Position numbers and translations under genes: made by a program. The notes beneath the pieces were generated by a model that searched no databases, had not been told where the DNA came from, and saw only the letters and a program-made list of their open reading frames with translations. Of a DNA stretch of 64,000 bases, positions 59,640-64,000 are shown in pieces (the first letter of the stretch is position 1; every line of letters starts with the position of its first letter). The DNA comes from Amphiscolops sp. MND2022 (Eukaryota): positions 8,494,001 through 8,558,000 of the forward strand of contig OZ076420.1 of NCBI GenBank assembly GCA_964187785.1, read 5' to 3'.

Positions 59640-60514
59640 TTAATCGACATCATTTAATGAAGTTACTAAGTTATCTAAATCATTTAAGGGGGTAGGTGGT
59701 TGAGAGGATGGTGTTATGGGTTAAATACGAATGGGAATTGATGCGGGGAAAAAGAGAGGGGAGGTAAAGGAGAATGGATTGTGTATTTGACTGGTACATG
59801 CGAACAATGGGGGGTATTGCATTGAAAGTAATTATGATAATTAGAGCAATTATGGGAGGGGATTTGAATATTTAAAGGGGATAAATGCCTAGATTTCGAC
59901 TGAGTCGATTTAAATTTACGCACTTTTGAAGGGAGGAGTTTATCATTAAAATTATCCATTTCAAGAGTAGTTTGTTGAATAAGTTCGTCAAGATGTGTTT
60001 CATAAAGTTTTAATGCATCAATATATTGTGCGAGTTTCTGTTTATAGACAGCTGTGTGGACCAGTCGACGGACAGGTGTACCAATTCCATCTAGAGGTCG
60101 CTGTGGACGTCTGGGGTGCCGTGGTTTCTTTAGTTGAAGATCATTGGTCAATTGACGGACGGCTGAATATTGTTGAAGATTGGGAGAAGTAGCAACAGCA
60201 TCTTTGGGATGAAGAAAAGGAGTGGGGTCTGTCATCGAACCTGGAGTTTGAAGAGAAGAAGAAAGCACTGGAAGAGTAGTAGAAGCAGTTGTTGTCAAGA
60301 GAGAAGAGATGGGTGGCAATTGAACAGCAGATGTTGAAGAAACAAGTGATGCCACAGGAGTAGTTTGTGATGAAGTTGAAGACAAAGTTGAAGAAGTATC
60401 AATGGATGAAAGAGTGAACGTCGAAGAAGTAGAAGAGACGGGGAATGACAGAAAGGAGTCGAGGAGTTGATTAAGAAGAGGATATGCCAGAGTGGAAAGA
60501 GGATAAGATGACAT
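59640..60514 (-). pseudogene. ORF6 of A-2 (frameshift near the C-terminus)
   Basis: MSSYPLSTLAYPLLNQLLDS...HPKDAVATSP...LNDLDNLVTSLNDVD*. Confidence 0.8.
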
Positions 60515-61380
60515 TACTGAAACAAAATTATTGCTGAGTTATTTTGTATCAATGTTAAATATTTCGGAGCAATTTAATATAGATACAGAGAATGTTGTGA
60601 TCAAATTTACTGATGTCAGAGAAGGAGAAATATGGTATGGAGATGAATTTTTGAATTAAAAGAGGAAGGTGTTCAAAAGCAGTTTGATACTATTTGAAAT
60701 TTTAAGACTTGTTTAAGGTTTTTCATTTTTGAAATAAAAGAGGAAGGTGTTCAAAAGCAGTTTGATACTATTTGAATTTTTAGGACTTGTTTAAGGTATT
60801 TATATAGGACAACTTTGTATTTATGTTGGACAAAGTTGAAATTGGAAAATTGATATCCGTTGAAGTAGTGAATTTGAGAGAGTTTGAAAGAGGAAGTGAA
60901 AAAGAGAAATTAAAGAAGAAAAAATACTTTAGAGATAATGGAGTTATAAAAGTTTAGGAGTAGGTTGTCAAAACTCATGAAGGAAGAACAAGTGAAAATG
61001 TCAAGTGAATAGGTCGAAGAACAAAAGAAACAATAGGAAGAAGTGTCAAGAGAAAAAAGGAAAAGGAGTGATATATGTTAATTAGGAGTGAAAGATATAA
61101 TTGTGTAAGAAGTCAATGAAAGATAAGATATAGGAAGTGGAAAGAGTCTTTGTCAAAACAATTGAGAAGGTTTCAGTTATGATTGATAAGAGATTCGACA
61201 TTGGAAAGACAAGAAGTCTGTGAGATAGGAAAGAATTCTAAAGGGAAGGAAGAAAATTTTCAAAGTATTGGTAGTTACGTTTGAAAGTGTGAACGGGAGT
61301 AATTACCGAAGTAGCTGAAGTCAAATAAAATTGATTAAAAAATGCAGTTAAAGAAAACTTACCAATAGGAGAGAAAAATT

Positions 61381-62859
61381 CTAAGATGAAGTGAATTGAG
61401 GAGGAGTTTCAAGTAAAACAAGTTTATTAAGAAAGTCGTTACCATGAATTGGAGAGAGTGTCAAATTTTGAATATCTGTTGAATGAAGTTGAAGTAAAGA
61501 TTGGAGATTACGGAACGTGTCAAAAATGTGGTTTAAAATAACAAAAGGATCGGAATTAGGAGCAATTTCAACATGAGGACGGAGGAGAGTAAGAATTTCT
61601 GACACGAATTTGTAAGTAGGACAGGAGAAGGAGTTGATACAAACGTTAGGATTTGCAGTTTGGAGAACATAAGAAGTGGATCGAGGAGGGATTGTTGAAG
61701 AAGGAGCCTGAGAAGGTTCAGATACAGTATTAGGAGGAGCATGTGTAGGAAGAGACTGAAAAATTTCATCTGAGACATTCAAAGAGAAGTATTTATATTG
61801 TTTTTTCCTATGAGGAGAGTTTTGCAATAATGAAATTGAGTTGGGCGAGAGAATAATGTTTGTGAATTAGAGCTGTATATAGGGAGCGGGAATGATCATC
61901 AAGAGGGGTTTCCACTAATTTGTTCATTTTCGGAAAGAAATCGGGAACGGCATTAGGGATGTGGGTTGGAAGAAGAAAATCATCATTAACATTAAGAGCT
62001 TCTTGAGGAACGAATAATGGACGAGTAGGGTCATGGTATGACGAGAGAATAAAATACTGTTTAACAGGGTCATAATTACGAATTGTTCCGATTGTGAAGA
62101 GATGGTTTAAGGAATAGTGAGAGTGGTATGAAAGCGGGGAAGTAAATTTATGATTTTGAAAAATGAAATTTTCGGGGTGTTTTTGTTCGAGAAAGAGTTG
62201 ATAAGTCTGATGGTGAAGTTTTTTAACAGAAGGAGTTGTGGTTATATCATTAGGATTAGTATTTAAATCATTGTGAGTCGGTTTAAGAAAATTGAATTGG
62301 AATTGAAAGAAACGAATACGATTATTTTGCCAGATGGCGAGCTGTGATAAGTTTTTGGAAGCATATGCAACATAGTGGTCACAATTACAATCTTGAGGGA
62401 AGCGAAATTTATAACTAGTAGGGGTCATATATAGTGAAGGAAGGTTAGCTCTAAAATTCGGATGGGTACGGAATAATTCATCTGTCATCGTATTGGATTG
62501 AGAAGTAGTTTTTAATGGATGAAGAGTAGGGGGTAAGATACCAGAATCAATGAAGACAGGATCTTCAAGAATATTGTATTTCTTTTTAGGAGGAATTGGA
62601 TGATTATTGATAGTAATATGAAGATTATTTGGAGGCGGGTAGGAGAGTGGCGAGTTTTAAGATTAGCAGAGGGTGGTTAATTAAGAGATTGAGAAGTAGT
62701 AGAATTGTCATTTACAGTACGTTCTGGAGTATTGTTAGTATCAAGAGGAAGTGAATCATTGACAAGGGGAATATCAAAAGTACCAGATTTGAGAGAAAGA
62801 GGGGGCGACAAGGAAGCGATGCTTGACAGAAGTTCTTCCTCAGGATTTATAGTTACCCT
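61381..62859 (-). pseudogene. ORF5 of A-2 (start ATG>AGG, frameshifts)
   Basis: The 226-aa core (61808-62488) is roughly 85-90% identical by eye to A-1 ORF5. Confidence 0.85.
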
Positions 62860-63212
62860 TTTGGAATCAGAAACAAAAGGAAGAAAAGGTGTGAAAAAGG
62901 TAAGTTAAAATGAGCAAAAAAGAAAGTGAAGGTGATACAAGTGTGCGTTGTGTGGTTAATAGAAAAGATTATATAGATTTAGAGGTAAGTAAGATTTTCG
63001 TGAAAAGTTCAAGACAAATGGATTTGAGAAAGTAAGGAGAAGTGACCAAAGGAAAAGCGAGAATGATGACAAATGAAATGGGAAGTAAGTTAAGATAACA
63101 GTAATTATTATGTAAAGGAAGTGAAATATTAATATTCAAAATCAATTCGTAGGTAATTAAGTTTGAGTATTAATATTCAGGATCGAAAATGATGAAATTA
63201 AAAGTTGATGGA

Positions 63213-64000
63213 TTATTCAGGAGGAAAACAGCAAGAAAAATAAACTTTGACAGGACTGTCAGATGGGTCAAAAATATTATTGACAGAAGTTAACGGGATG
63301 TCATTAGTTTTAATTGGCGGCGGAGTAGGGGATAAATTTTAGTGGATTGCCAGAGGTTATGTATGGGGGAACCATTGGAAGAATTATCACAATTGGTGTC
63401 ATCAGGAAGAGGAGAATTATGCAAAGTTAGGGGAGAAGATAATGGAGATATTTGAGGGGGTCGAGTTGAAAGATTATTATGAGGGGGAAGGTGAGAATTA
63501 TAATTTGGAGATGGGGGTGAATAATCTTCGGTGTTAGAGGATTGTGCATGATCAGTGGGAGTAGAATGAAGAACAGAAGAAGAGAGAGGTTTGATCGGGG
63601 AAGAATTAGGTGAAGATCTTTGCATTGGGTTTATATTTTTTATATTAGGGAGTTTCGTTTTAATATTAGTATGATACTTAGGAGGACGAGGTTTGAGACT
63701 AGAAGAAATAGTGTGAGTTTTCGCTAATGGGGAGTGGGGTGAAACTGAATCGTCAGATTCTGATTGTGAATTAGATGATTTAATCATAGCGGTCATCATT
63801 GTTTGAGTAATAGTTCCAAAGAAACCAAATCCTAAGGCAGTTATAACAGAAATTTGTTTTTAAAGTAAATTTCGAACAGTGAATGAACGATAAATACTAA
63901 AGAGTGTGTTGAAAGCGAATTGTAAGAAAAGAGCGGTAGAGAAAAAGATTCCACATTGGGTTAAAATATAGCACGGATAGCTAAAAAGTTTTATAAAAGC
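63213..64000 (-). pseudogene. env: env C-terminus of A-2
   Basis: YPCYIL...GFGFFGTITQTMMTAMIKS..., ending FSCCFPPE*; matches the A-1 env tail. Confidence 0.9.

Larger units (their letters stand above)
58002..64000 (-). mobile_element. Family A copy 2 (diverged subfamily), 3' half: env tail, ORF5, ORF6, 3' UTR and 3' LTR; continues beyond the window
   Basis: Collinear with 14950-20707; 3' LTR 58002-58337 (TGATATACC...AAGTACTTTA). Confidence 0.95.

Overview
Eukaryotic, repeat-saturated window with no recognisable host gene; it is a stack of nested LTR retroelements. (1) Family A is a full-length 18.7-kb Ty3/Gypsy element (2018-20707, +) with 311-bp LTRs and a 4-bp TSD (GAAT). It carries a structured repeat array and three small hydrophobic ORFs in its 5' leader, gag-pro-pol, a class III fusogen-like (gB/chuvirus-G-like) env and three further accessory ORFs. 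Three more family-A pieces are present: a 5' end at 1-840 (-), an old relic at ~21400-23074 plus ~30670-31450, and a 3' half at 58002-64000 (-). Together these allow conservation to be read directly. (2) Family B is an unrelated ~18-kb Gypsy element (37764-58001+, -) with a ~700-codon pol tail, two large downstream ORFs (one with an SGNH-like signature) and an in-frame 2.24-kb gag-pro duplication. (3) Also present are two decayed BEL/Pao elements, a Gypsy pol fragment and some non-coding repeats. All copies carry stops or frameshifts. The best candidate for an undescribed system is the giant, enveloped, accessory-gene-bearing family A, with its non-canonical ends and covarying leader RNA structures. 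All domain calls are from visual motif recognition; no searches were run.
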